Numbered from the stretch's first letter, positions 17,440 to 26,866 are shown. The stretch is 27,166 bases of DNA from a virus (IMGVR_UViG_3300027780_000059:1-27166); one strand, 5' to 3'. Numbers and translations: made by a program. Notes: generated from the sequence alone by a model not told the origin.

Positions 17440-18591
17440 TTAACTTTTTTTAATACTTCTAATTTTGAGTCCTCGTCCGTTATCATTACTTGGATTTACA
17501 GGCCTTATAGATATACCATTTTTGGATACCGTTTGTGATTGCTGTCTAACATCCATATTGATGTTTTTAGATTTCCTGTTAGAGTTATCTAAAGCTGAAG
17601 CAACCCCCTGGTCGTAAAAGTGTTTAGCAAATTTATCAGGATTCATAGCAACCGATAAGGCTTTATGGTATCCTGTCGCGTCATCAATTAAACCATCCTT
17701 GTCCATGAATTTGTTAATGAAATTATTAACATCAGATTGAACATTTTTAAGCTCGCTTGCATCGCCCGACTTAAAAGTAATATTTTTTTCACCAACTGAG
17801 AAATCAAAACCTTTGAATTCATTGTTAAAAACCGACTCGGTTTTGTCTAAGAAATAATCATACCTTTTAGAATTTTGCTCTGTAATACTTTTCGATTCCT
17901 CGATTGACTTTTTGTAAGCTATTAAATTTTCTTCTTGATCTCCAGATAATCCATTCCCACTTGACTCAAGAGGAATTTTGTATTTATCTTTTTGTTCATT
18001 TAAAAACGTCTTAGCTTTCGCAAGTTCTCTTTTTTTCGCTAATTTTACTTTTCTAACATCCTTTTCATCATCTAAATCTTCATCATATGAAAATTTATCT
18101 TCAATAATATCTTGGATATCTTCCGAGTCTAAACCTTCTTCAGTCGCCTCGTAATAATTAGCAAGCACAGCATTGTCTTCCATGTTATCAATGTCTTTTT
18201 GTAATTCGTAAAAGTCATTAATACCACGACCAGTTTCCTGCTTGTACTTTAAATACTTAGACACATCTTCTGGTAACTCAGTATTTGCCTCTTTTTCCGC
18301 AAATAATTCGTCAATAGAATTAATGTCTTTATCGTATCTTTTCTTTATATATGAAATAACATCATCATCATTAAATTCTGGCGATGCTGTTTCATCTTTT
18401 TTAATTTCATCTGTTTTACCCTCGTCAACTATTGTTTCTGTGGTAGATGAATTTTCTTTGTTCCTAAAATCAATACGTTCAATTCCGTCTGAAGAATCTT
18501 TATACTGCTCTTCATGTTCTTTTAATAAAGTTTCCTCTACCTGCGCTCTTGATTTCTCTTCGACATTTACGTCAACTGCTTTTACTATCAT
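17440..18591 (-). CDS. Putative capsid scaffolding protein, 383 aa
   Basis: Very acidic and helical with a basic C-terminal tail (GRGLKIRSIKKS). Immediately upstream of the capsid gene. Confidence 0.65.
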   Translation of the reverse strand: MIVKAVDVNVEEKSRAQVEETLLKEHEEQYKDSSDGIERIDFRNKENSSTTETIVDEGKTDEIKKDETASPEFNDDDVISYIKKRYDKDINSIDELFAEKEANTELPEDVSKYLKYKQETGRGINDFYELQKDIDNMEDNAVLANYYEATEEGLDSEDIQDIIEDKFSYDEDLDDEKDVRKVKLAKKRELAKAKTFLNEQKDKYKIPLESSGNGLSGDQEENLIAYKKSIEESKSITEQNSKRYDYFLDKTESVFNNEFKGFDFSVGEKNITFKSGDASELKNVQSDVNNFINKFMDKDGLIDDATGYHKALSVAMNPDKFAKHFYDQGVASALDNSNRKSKNINMDVRQQSQTVSKNGISIRPVNPSNDNGRGLKIRSIKKS

Positions 18592-18628
18592 TTGATTTGA
18601 TTTTTAAGTTTATTATTACATGTTTTTA

Positions 18629-19852
18629 TTATGTCATCCTTATTTTAACATTATTATTGTCTCTGTATAATCCACCAATCGGCACACCACCAGCAGCGGC
18701 AGTTGTGTCGTTTGCAAAACTTGAACTACTTTGTAATGCCGGTAAAACAGTAATACCATTCTTTAATATAGAAAATGCTGTGCTTTTAGAGGCGTCTGTA
18801 TCTCCGTTACCTATAGTAAACAACCTATCTGTTGCAACCCAAGAACCAGGAGTCGGAGTGGTAGCTGCGTCTGACGCAAATGTACCCATTATAGTCTCCT
18901 TGTAAGCTTGACTCGTTAATCCCTCACCAATAGTTATTGAACCAAGAGTTGCTGAAGTATTATCTTTACCAATTGCTATAGAAATATTTCCACTTGCTGT
19001 TGTGTCTTGTCCCATTGCTGTAGAATAATCTCCAGTTGCGTTTGTGTCTCTTCCCATTGCTGTAGAATAAGATCCATCTGCTGTTGTGTTTCTTCCCATT
19101 GCTGTAGACCAAGATCCACTAGCCACTGATCCGCTACCCATTGCTGTAGAGAAAGGAGATGTTGCTTCTGTAAACCATCCAAAAGCTGTAGAACCTTGAG
19201 AAGTCGCTTGTGTTGTATTTCCAGCAGCAAAAGAATAAGAAGAAGTCGCTTGTGTTGACTTACCTAAAGCAGTAGAACCTAATCCACTTGCAGTGCTACT
19301 TTCTCCCATTGCCGTAGAATAATTACCACTTGCTGTAGTAGAATAACCTAGAGCTACAGATACACTACCAGTTGATGCGTTTGCAGACCCTATAGCTATT
19401 GAAGCTTCGCCATCCGCAGTCATAGACCCTGTCGCACCTATTATAACTGAGTCATTTCCAACGCCTTTCTTTATAGGTCCATCGGTTAGTGTTGTAGAAG
19501 ACCCAGAGCCTGACCACACAGAAAGTGTTCCTCCTGTGCCTGTTCCAACACTAGGGGATGGAATATTTAAAACCCCACTTACTAAAGTAGATAATCCTGA
19601 TCCTGTTGTCGTTAGACTTGTAAAAGGAATTACCGGTGTAGGTATATTTAACACACCAACAATCAAAGTAGCTGCCGAGCCTGAAGACCCTGTTGTTGTT
19701 AAGCTAGTGACGGAGCCACCTCCCACACTGTCTTCAATGTCCTGCATTGTAAAGACTTCTCTGTCTGAGTTTGCTTGAGCCGATCCTTTATTCGTAGTGT
19801 CTACGTGTGCTGAAACTGTATGAAATTTTTGTCCTGCTGGTATAGTTGCCAT
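18629..19852 (-). CDS. Fibre/adhesin-like virion protein with YadA-head-like repeats, 407 aa
   Basis: About 12 14-aa repeats of type STAMGxxTxAxGxY, a neck-like LFTIGNG..AFSILKNG segment, and C-terminal AAAGGVPIGGLYR motif. Confidence 0.8.
   Translation of the reverse strand: MATIPAGQKFHTVSAHVDTTNKGSAQANSDREVFTMQDIEDSVGGGSVTSLTTTGSSGSAATLIVGVLNIPTPVIPFTSLTTTGSGLSTLVSGVLNIPSPSVGTGTGGTLSVWSGSGSSTTLTDGPIKKGVGNDSVIIGATGSMTADGEASIAIGSANASTGSVSVALGYSTTASGNYSTAMGESSTASGLGSTALGKSTQATSSYSFAAGNTTQATSQGSTAFGWFTEATSPFSTAMGSGSVASGSWSTAMGRNTTADGSYSTAMGRDTNATGDYSTAMGQDTTASGNISIAIGKDNTSATLGSITIGEGLTSQAYKETIMGTFASDAATTPTPGSWVATDRLFTIGNGDTDASKSTAFSILKNGITVLPALQSSSSFANDTTAAAGGVPIGGLYRDNNNVKIRMT
18900..19420. 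repeat. Degenerate 42-bp coding tandem repeat (YadA-like)
   Basis: cccattgctgtaga at 19011, 19053, 19095 and 19137 (42-bp spacing), with variant cccattgccgtaga at 19305 in the same register. Confidence 0.9.
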
Positions 19853-19867
19853 TTTTATTATTTTTTA

Positions 19868-19875
19868 CAAAGTTA
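19868..19875 (-). promoter_or_regulatory. Bacteroidota-type -7 promoter element TAACTTTG
   Basis: TAnnTTTG match in the 39-nt gap after portal, 15 nt before the fibre ATG (same spacing as at 13466). Confidence 0.7.
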
Positions 19876-19891
19876 ATATTTATTTTATTAT

Positions 19892-22327
19892 TTATCTAGG
19901 GTCAAATTCCGCAAGATCAAAACCATCAAGACTATCTTCATTAGACTCAAAGTTTATTGAAGGCAAATCTCTTTTTTTCTGCTCAATCATTTTTGAAGTC
20001 TGTGTTGACTGTTGATTAATTCTATTACTCTTAGCGTTTTCCCTATTGTCTTCTCTAGACTGAATACTTTCTTGTTCTACTCCTTTTAATGACATCTGCA
20101 TTTCAAATTCAGTCTGCATTAACTGTTGTTTTAATTGAGCTTCCATCTGTAATTTCTGAATATCAAAAGCAACCTCTGCTTCTTTTACAGCAATCTTAGA
20201 CTGTGTTTCTGCCTGATTTGTTTGCATAGCTAACTGAGCAGCAGCCTGTTGAGCTTGCATTTGCATTTGCGCTTGCATTTGCTGTTGCTGCATTTGCTGT
20301 TGTTGTTCAGCTTTTTGTTTAGCCTTTCTTTTTACTTTAAGTAATTGATTAGCCATTTTTAAATTAGCAATCTCCCTTATATCAATAGCATCTTCAAGAT
20401 TAATATCTTGCTTTGAAAGAGCCATCTGTATGTTTTGCTCTAGCATAGCCTTTTCCTCTTCATCCGGAGCCATCTCTATAAAAATTCCAAAGTCATAAAG
20501 ATATAATTCTTTAATATCTTCGAGTATACCTAAATTGTATTTACCTATCTGCATTGCAAACTCATCTTTAAAATCTGCGTATTCTAAAATATCAGCAGTT
20601 CTAATAGATAAACATTCAGCTAGAGTTCTAGTAATATATAAACTTGCATTTAAAATATGCCTAGTAGCTACGTTAGAATTTAATGCCGCTAATTTCTGAA
20701 CACCAACTAAAGAATTAGGGTCAGGACTTGATCCATCTCTAGCTTCATTTAAGCCTGTTACAGACCTAATCATATCCATGTAATGGTTATAGTTGCCAAT
20801 AAGCATTTGCATCTTACTAGCGCCACTACTTGCAGTTAATTGAGTGATTGGAACCTTCGCGTTATTGTACTCACCGTCCTGAGTATAACTTCTTCCTATT
20901 ACACTACCAGTTTGGAAATACAAACGTAGTGCGTCTTCTGGATTATAAGCTTGACCATTTCCTAAATCAACTTCATTTAATCCATCAGCATCAATAAACA
21001 CACCATCTGGAACAACTCTTGAAACTACTTGTTGAATTTTTAAATGAGTCATCTGAATTAAATCAGCAAACGGAATCATTCTTTTAACCAAAGATTCTAA
21101 AGCCCCTTTATACATTTTAGGCGCACACGCTACGTAATTAGGGAAAGCGTATTGACTTGCTGATTTTGGTCTAACCATATTTTCTCCAAGTTTCCATTGA
21201 AGCATAATGTTAGTTCCCATAACCATAATCCCATCATACCAAACATCAATAGTTTTAGATACCTTTTCAAAACCTTGTTCTTCCATCATTTCTGGTGGAG
21301 GATTAAAACTTTCGTCTCTTTCGGACATTTTAAATGTTCCGTCAGGCATTGTTTTCTTTTTATAAACAAAAGTATGTGTTGTCTTATAGTTGAAATAAAG
21401 CAATGTTGCGGTATCCCTAGAAAACATGTTATTTTCGTAATGTTCTGCTGTATTGTAATAATCATACCAAGACTGACTATACTTAGAAATCTCTGACAAA
21501 TCATCGTTTGTAAGAGTAGGGTCTATTTTAATAAGTTCAGTAATCGGTACTGTTTTAATTTCTCCCCAGTAAAAACAATCTTTTAAGTAAGGGTCTTCAG
21601 TATAACTGTAAACCGCATTGGCAGGATCAACATAATCAATTTTAACTCCGTCTCCAGGTAAAAACATATGCCTACCAATACCAATACCAAGCGTAGTAAT
21701 GTCAAGGTCAATTCTTTTTCTAATGTCGTTATAATGATTTGCAGCAAACTGAGTATCAATAGCTTCTTCTTCGGCTATTTCAATTGCTGGCTTATATTTC
21801 ATCTGCATGTAAAGCTCTAGTTCTTGATCATTTTCAGGAAGTTCTGCTTCATCTGATTGGAACACATCAATGCCAAAATCTGATTGTATTTGTTTTAACA
21901 AAGGCTTCGCAATCATATCGCCTTCAATAATCTCTTGAAATTGATTTCTTTTTTCAGCAGAAAGTGCATCCTGAGCAGTAGCTTTTACTTTAAACAATCT
22001 GTCATTCATTCCGTTGACAACAATGTCTACAAATTTTGGAATAATAGGAACTGGAGTCCAGTCTAAATTTAAATGACTTAAATCACCGTCAATTGCTAAT
22101 TCATTTTTATATTTACCAATTGATTGCTCACCTCTTGCGTATAACCTTAAACGATTAAATTCACCTCTTTGATTATAAAACCTACAAGAACCGCTGTCTT
22201 GCCTGAACCATTCGTACTGTATTGATTGTCCAATTTGTAACCCATACTCCATAGAATCTTTAACAGAATCGGAAGCAAACTGGTCTGGGAACGCAGCTGA
22301 GTTAACTTGTATTTTTACGTCTTTCAT
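19892..22327 (-). CDS. Portal protein (crAss-like), 811 aa
   Basis: IIPKFVDIVVNG, IDYVDPAN, SLVKRMIPFADL, VTGLNEARDG, YDFGIFIE and a Gln-rich coiled-coil C-terminal barrel. Directly after the terminase. Confidence 0.9.
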   Translation of the reverse strand: MKDVKIQVNSAAFPDQFASDSVKDSMEYGLQIGQSIQYEWFRQDSGSCRFYNQRGEFNRLRLYARGEQSIGKYKNELAIDGDLSHLNLDWTPVPIIPKFVDIVVNGMNDRLFKVKATAQDALSAEKRNQFQEIIEGDMIAKPLLKQIQSDFGIDVFQSDEAELPENDQELELYMQMKYKPAIEIAEEEAIDTQFAANHYNDIRKRIDLDITTLGIGIGRHMFLPGDGVKIDYVDPANAVYSYTEDPYLKDCFYWGEIKTVPITELIKIDPTLTNDDLSEISKYSQSWYDYYNTAEHYENNMFSRDTATLLYFNYKTTHTFVYKKKTMPDGTFKMSERDESFNPPPEMMEEQGFEKVSKTIDVWYDGIMVMGTNIMLQWKLGENMVRPKSASQYAFPNYVACAPKMYKGALESLVKRMIPFADLIQMTHLKIQQVVSRVVPDGVFIDADGLNEVDLGNGQAYNPEDALRLYFQTGSVIGRSYTQDGEYNNAKVPITQLTASSGASKMQMLIGNYNHYMDMIRSVTGLNEARDGSSPDPNSLVGVQKLAALNSNVATRHILNASLYITRTLAECLSIRTADILEYADFKDEFAMQIGKYNLGILEDIKELYLYDFGIFIEMAPDEEEKAMLEQNIQMALSKQDINLEDAIDIREIANLKMANQLLKVKRKAKQKAEQQQQMQQQQMQAQMQMQAQQAAAQLAMQTNQAETQSKIAVKEAEVAFDIQKLQMEAQLKQQLMQTEFEMQMSLKGVEQESIQSREDNRENAKSNRINQQSTQTSKMIEQKKRDLPSINFESNEDSLDGFDLAEFDPR

Positions 22328-24577
22328 TTATTTAAGTAATTGACTAACTGAGTTGGTGTTATTATATCTAGCAAAGTTAACGCTTATTTTCGATTTTTCT
22401 TTAGCCGGAGTATACAGGTGTTTTTGATTAGCCATAATTGCTAAACCAGAACTAATAGAAGCATCAAATTTAGTTCGATTATTTATATCAAACTTTGCCC
22501 AATCTTCTAACGTGTTCTGAAAATACATTATTCCCATATCATCACTATCCCTATAGTTACCAACTAAATCCAATCCTACGTGTTTTTCAATATATGACTC
22601 TATTGCAGAAGCGTGTGACTGCTTGACGTCTTCACTTGAATTGGGAATTCCTCCTAATTCTTTTTCTGTTTTAGATAACTTATTAAACGTTTTATCTGGA
22701 CGATTTATACTGTATCCACGATAACCCCTATTTTTAAAATGATACAACAAACGAGGTTTGTTATTTTCACACAAAATAGGCATACCAAAAAAAACACACG
22801 CCATTAATACTTCTTCAAAAAATATTTCAGCCGTTTGAGGCCTTGCTATGTATTCTAAAAAAAACTCATTACTTGGCGCGTTATCCATATTAAATTTAGT
22901 CATGCCGGACAAAGCACCGTTAGATCCTTTTCCTACAACCACTCCTGATATATCATATGAATCACATCCAAAAGAACCAATGTGTTCGTTCCCTGGATAT
23001 TTTTTACCATTTTTAATAATTACATTATTTTGTAATGCGTTTTCTGGTAACCAAGTTACAAAAAATCTTCCTCTTTTATCAGGGGTCCAAATAACCCTAG
23101 TATCTTTTACTCCATTATGCCAAGAAAATGAACCCTGAGTCATGTGCTGGCCCATTATTAAAGTATCATTGTAGTCTATTTGTTGGTATATTTTTGTAAG
23201 ATTAAACAAAGACTGCTTGCTTTCATCTCTAAATGCGTGAGACTCAGTTCTTGGAAACTGTCTATAGAATTCATTTAATGCATCTGGATCACTAGATAAT
23301 GAATCTACTTCGTTTTGCCAATAATCAATTGCACCCTGAGTAATCATTTCTCCATCTATACCCATTACTGGTTTTAAAGGAGTATGAAAAACAGGCATAC
23401 CAAATATATCGATAAAACCCTCCATGTTCCATTCCATAGGAATAAACAAATTATATAACCCACTTTTTGTTTGACCGTTTGAATTACGTTTTGTGCAGTC
23501 AGAATCGTAGTATAACTTCTTAAAGTTAGCTCCACCTTTATCCAAAGCATTTGACGTTGAACCCATCATACATTTTCCAATAATCTTACTACCCAAACGT
23601 AAACATGTTTTTGTAATACCCCAGTTTTTAATTATACTGTTAGGTTTTTCCCACTTTCCACTTTCATCGTGTACTAGTAGTTTTAATTTTTCTCCATCAT
23701 AACTGTTATCACCAGTGTTTTTCCAGTCAATAGTAGTATCCAGCCCTTCAACTGAATCAACATCTTCTTCATACATATTCTTTTTAGTAATCTTAGAAGC
23801 AGGAACTCTAAACGCTAATTCTGTTTTAGGTTTATCCATACCATCCTGTATGGGTTTAAAAAAGAAAGGGTAATTATTTGATATTGGAACAACCTTGTCG
23901 GTAAACATTTTTTTAGCATCGGCTCCTGTCTTAGACAATATTCCAATCCTAGCATCTTTAGTTATAGTACCAATATTAGCGCACTCTTCACTTCCCATAT
24001 AGGAAAACCCAGAACGTCTAATTTTTAAATAACTATTACCAAAACTTCTTTTATCAGCTTTACAAGCTTCCCAGTGTATGTAAAAAATTCTATTTGCCTC
24101 CCTAAAGTCAGGTAAACCAATATCAATTTTAGTGTGCTGTATGTACATCCAATGAGAACCAGTAATGTAAGTAGGTTTTCCATTATTCATAAACCAATAC
24201 CCTTGCTCTCTATAATCAAACTGACTTTCTATGTAGTCTATCCATTGATTCTTAAAACTTGCAGGAGCATTATGCCACTGGAAAATAGATTTTATTTTTT
24301 GTAGTTGTTTAGGGATTCCTTGAGGTTCCCAGTATTGTTTTTCTTTTTTATCAGACCTTTGAAAAACTTCTTTAGATATTTTAGGGAGCGCAATATTTAA
24401 ACCTTGAACATTTAATATTTGATCAATTTCCCCTGTCTTTGATATTACAACAAAATTATATTTTTCATTATATCCGTACTGCCAAGATTTAGCTTTATTT
24501 TTAGTAGCTAATACATTTTTAGGAACTAAGTTTATAAGCTCCCTGTATATTTTATTATCTTGATCTTGACTCAGCAA
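22328..24577 (-). CDS. terL: Terminase large subunit, 749 aa
   Basis: Walker A-like LKIRRSGFSY, Walker B LLVHDESGK, motif MGSTSN, nuclease motifs FGCDSYD, CENNK and FDASIS. Confidence 0.93.
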   Translation of the reverse strand: MLSQDQDNKIYRELINLVPKNVLATKNKAKSWQYGYNEKYNFVVISKTGEIDQILNVQGLNIALPKISKEVFQRSDKKEKQYWEPQGIPKQLQKIKSIFQWHNAPASFKNQWIDYIESQFDYREQGYWFMNNGKPTYITGSHWMYIQHTKIDIGLPDFREANRIFYIHWEACKADKRSFGNSYLKIRRSGFSYMGSEECANIGTITKDARIGILSKTGADAKKMFTDKVVPISNNYPFFFKPIQDGMDKPKTELAFRVPASKITKKNMYEEDVDSVEGLDTTIDWKNTGDNSYDGEKLKLLVHDESGKWEKPNSIIKNWGITKTCLRLGSKIIGKCMMGSTSNALDKGGANFKKLYYDSDCTKRNSNGQTKSGLYNLFIPMEWNMEGFIDIFGMPVFHTPLKPVMGIDGEMITQGAIDYWQNEVDSLSSDPDALNEFYRQFPRTESHAFRDESKQSLFNLTKIYQQIDYNDTLIMGQHMTQGSFSWHNGVKDTRVIWTPDKRGRFFVTWLPENALQNNVIIKNGKKYPGNEHIGSFGCDSYDISGVVVGKGSNGALSGMTKFNMDNAPSNEFFLEYIARPQTAEIFFEEVLMACVFFGMPILCENNKPRLLYHFKNRGYRGYSINRPDKTFNKLSKTEKELGGIPNSSEDVKQSHASAIESYIEKHVGLDLVGNYRDSDDMGIMYFQNTLEDWAKFDINNRTKFDASISSGLAIMANQKHLYTPAKEKSKISVNFARYNNTNSVSQLLK
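22372..22379 (-). promoter_or_regulatory. Possible internal -7 promoter element TAACTTTG for the portal gene
   Basis: TAnnTTTG match 44 nt before the portal ATG, inside the terL 3' end. Chance matches are expected in AT-rich DNA. Confidence 0.4.
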
Positions 24578-24830
24578 ATCCTTTTGGTGTGTTATTTGAT
24601 TTATTGTCTACTCCGTCTATTAAATCTTTTTCTTCTGTTATTCTTTTTAATATTTCAAAAGCATCAAATATTGCAAGTTTTTTAGTAGCGGCTGCATTCT
24701 TTAATTTGTCAGCAGCAAGCTCGTCATCCTCACCGTATTTTATAATCTGCTCTTGAGCAACCTGAATTAACTGAAGCACAGCCTTTTCGCCTGCGTTTAT
24801 TATTTGTAATTTAATTTTATTTACATCCAT
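24555..24830 (-). CDS. Putative terminase small subunit, 91 aa
   Basis: Small all-helical protein overlapping the terL start by 23 nt. Assignment by position only. Confidence 0.5.
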   Translation of the reverse strand: MDVNKIKLQIINAGEKAVLQLIQVAQEQIIKYGEDDELAADKLKNAAATKKLAIFDAFEILKRITEEKDLIDGVDNKSNNTPKGFAESRSR

Positions 24831-25227
24831 AATAATATTCTTTATTAAAAGTATGGTCTCTGTAATTTGCTACAATTTCTTCATCTTTATTAATAGGTTT
24901 TATTGCAATTAAAACAGAATCATTATTTTCTTTTAAAAATAAAAACTTAACATTACACATTGGACTATGATTAACATATCTACCTAAATAAGTTCGATTG
25001 TTATCCCTCATTCCAAAACCTATTTTGTCGCCAATAATAAAATCTTTTTTAGCAAAAATTCCTTTTCCTTTTATTTTTGATTTTGCTACAACATAATTTT
25101 TATTTTTATCATCAACAACCTTACCTGCTTTTAATAAAAATTGTTTACTTTTTAAATATTTTTCTAGAAGCTTTGGGTCAATATTATTTTCTTTTAACAT
25201 CTTAAACCAATCCTCTAACTCTATCAT
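24817..25227 (-). CDS. SET-domain protein (putative lysine methyltransferase), 136 aa
   Basis: Three SET signatures in order: SKIKGKGIFAKKD (GxG), GRYVNHSPMCN (RFINHSCxPN-like), INKDEEIVANY (GEELxxDY-like). Confidence 0.85.
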   Translation of the reverse strand: MIELEDWFKMLKENNIDPKLLEKYLKSKQFLLKAGKVVDDKNKNYVVAKSKIKGKGIFAKKDFIIGDKIGFGMRDNNRTYLGRYVNHSPMCNVKFLFLKENNDSVLIAIKPINKDEEIVANYRDHTFNKEYYYGCK

Positions 25228-25787
25228 AAAACTACCGTTATATTGTCAGTATACATTCTGTAAAGCAACTCATCATCAACCATAAACTCATACTCTGAGT
25301 CTGGCTGATACAGAACTACATCACCAACTTTTACTCCTTTATCTAGTAGCTGTTGATTTATATACTTTACAGTTCCGGTTAATGGCTCAAACTTACAATT
25401 CTTCTTGAGATACGTTTCTTTAGCCGGTAAAGGCTGAATAAAACAATACTTATCATACCCTACCCAACCGTCACTATTTTTATACATATAAAACTGGTCT
25501 ACATCTACAAAAAAAAGATCTTCTTTAAAAAAGCTTTTTCCACTTTTTCTGTTACCATACATGTCATTGTAAAATTTAAAAACATTATGGTGTACCAAAA
25601 GAGTATCTCCTTTTTCAACAGGCCCATTATAGCCAATAGGCGTGGCTACAACTTTAGCAAATCTATTAGAAGACTTGTGGTCTTCTTCGGATGTACTTGT
25701 AAGGAATTTATGATCTCCGTATTTTTTTATATTATCATATCTCCTACCCTCTAAAGGTTGGACAATAAAATTGTAAGGTGATTGCAT
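25224..25787 (-). CDS. Co-chaperonin GroES-like protein with two tandem domains, 187 aa
   Basis: Two GroES-like units: FIVQP..AKVVATP..VEKGDTLL and CFIQP..GTVKY..VKVGDVVLY..EYEFMVDDELLYRM..NITVV. Confidence 0.7.
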   Translation of the reverse strand: MQSPYNFIVQPLEGRRYDNIKKYGDHKFLTSTSEEDHKSSNRFAKVVATPIGYNGPVEKGDTLLVHHNVFKFYNDMYGNRKSGKSFFKEDLFFVDVDQFYMYKNSDGWVGYDKYCFIQPLPAKETYLKKNCKFEPLTGTVKYINQQLLDKGVKVGDVVLYQPDSEYEFMVDDELLYRMYTDNITVVL

Positions 25788-25799
25788 TTAATTTAAGTG

Positions 25800-26018
25800 C
25801 TAAAAATTTATGTTGTATTCTAAAGAAATAGGAAGCGTAGTTCTAAATTCTTTCCACAATAAAACTTCGTCTCCTTTTATAATCCAAATTTTATAAGAAT
25901 CATTATCGTAGATAATGTGTTGTATTAAATAAGAACCTCCCAAAACATTCTGGCCAACTATGTAATGCATAGCACCAGACTTGTAATCTGCTCCAATCGA
26001 AATTTTCCTTATGTCCAT
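25800..26018 (-). CDS. Hypothetical protein, 72 aa
   Basis: Compact beta-rich ORF filling the gap between neighbours, with A-rich leader. Confidence 0.75.
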   Translation of the reverse strand: MDIRKISIGADYKSGAMHYIVGQNVLGGSYLIQHIIYDNDSYKIWIIKGDEVLLWKEFRTTLPISLEYNINF

Positions 26019-26022
26019 TTAA

Positions 26023-26568
26023 TTAAAATGATGTTCCTACCGTAAGAACTCTATAAAATATGTTTAAATATAAAAGTCCATTTCCTTGAGTTGGGTTAGC
26101 TGATGTAGCTTGTAAAAGTAATGGCGTTCCCAAAGGAATATTTATTTGACTTGAAGCAGCAGCATTTAATGCTAATTTAGCAACAATATCTGTTGCACTA
26201 TTTAAAGTTGCAGCAGCTATTGTAAATAGAGGTATATTATTAGCCTCTAAAATCAAAGGGTTTCCAGCGCCAAAATCATAAACAGTATTACCTGCATCAA
26301 ATGAAATCATTACACTCATAATATCTAAAACTTTACCAGCTCCGGGATTAGGGATTAATGTAATTGGTGATGTAAAAATAGTTGCTAATTGAGAACTTGT
26401 TACGGCCACTTTAGTTACTACAGTGTCAATACCAAATAAAGATTGTAGTGTACTTAATGTACACGTCTTAGTCATTAAATTGTTTTCAGCATCAGTTATA
26501 ATTAAATAATCTGCTGAGTCAAGAGTTGTAATATTTGGGTATGCCGATGTGTTGCTAATTTTTGCCAT
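26023..26568 (-). CDS. Putative fibre/decoration-type virion protein, 181 aa
   Basis: N-terminal MAKIS..YP...DYLIITD...TK motif recalled from phage fibre N-termini, followed by a beta-sandwich-like domain (SPITLIPNPGAGK). Confidence 0.55.
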   Translation of the reverse strand: MAKISNTSAYPNITTLDSADYLIITDAENNLMTKTCTLSTLQSLFGIDTVVTKVAVTSSQLATIFTSPITLIPNPGAGKVLDIMSVMISFDAGNTVYDFGAGNPLILEANNIPLFTIAAATLNSATDIVAKLALNAAASSQINIPLGTPLLLQATSANPTQGNGLLYLNIFYRVLTVGTSF

Positions 26569-26574
26569 GGTGTT

Positions 26575-26838
26575 TTATTCTACTACCTCTAAAGGCGCTT
26601 CTATTACTGGCTCTTGGTCTTTTACCTCACCAGTTTGTAAGTTAATAACTGCATTCGAGCCAAACTCTTCCATTAAAGACTTTTCTTGTTCTGCAAATTT
26701 TGCCTTAATACCAGCAATGCTAGTAATTAAATCAGCTTTTTTAATCTCTAAATCTGCTATTTCAAATTTTGAATCATTAAACTGTTTTTGTAAACCCTGT
26801 AATAACTCTAACTGCTCTTTACTTAATTGTTTTGACAT
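26575..26838 (-). CDS. Small coiled-coil protein, 87 aa
   Basis: Heptad pattern followed by FG..INLQTGEV. First gene after a promoter. Confidence 0.7.
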   Translation of the reverse strand: MSKQLSKEQLELLQGLQKQFNDSKFEIADLEIKKADLITSIAGIKAKFAEQEKSLMEEFGSNAVINLQTGEVKDQEPVIEAPLEVVE

Positions 26839-26866
26839 TTGATTTAATTTAATTATTATTGATTAA

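Noticed and set aside
19011-19150. Regularly spaced 14-bp repeat resembling a CRISPR array
   Set aside because: The period is 42 bp (14 codons), in frame within a gene, the intervening parts resemble each other, and no cas genes are present.
20220-20310. Gln/Met/Ala low-complexity tract
   Set aside because: Ordinary coiled-coil barrel region of podovirus-type portal proteins.
22325-22330. terL stop TAA abutting the portal ATG in frame
   Set aside because: TAA is an efficient stop and both proteins look complete. Explained by compact packing.
12389-23408. Additional TAnnTTTG matches inside genes (e.g. 12389, 12953, 23401)
   Set aside because: Far from downstream gene starts and expected by chance in AT-rich DNA.
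161-26842. Short plus-strand and nested minus-strand ORFs in the track (161, 3245, 3556, 4856, 6546, 18242, 18549, 18976, 19536, 21197, 21286, 22848, 26549)
   Set aside because: All overlap well-supported minus-strand genes and have antisense or off-frame composition. The periodic 18976..19230 ORF is a by-product of the 42-bp repeat.
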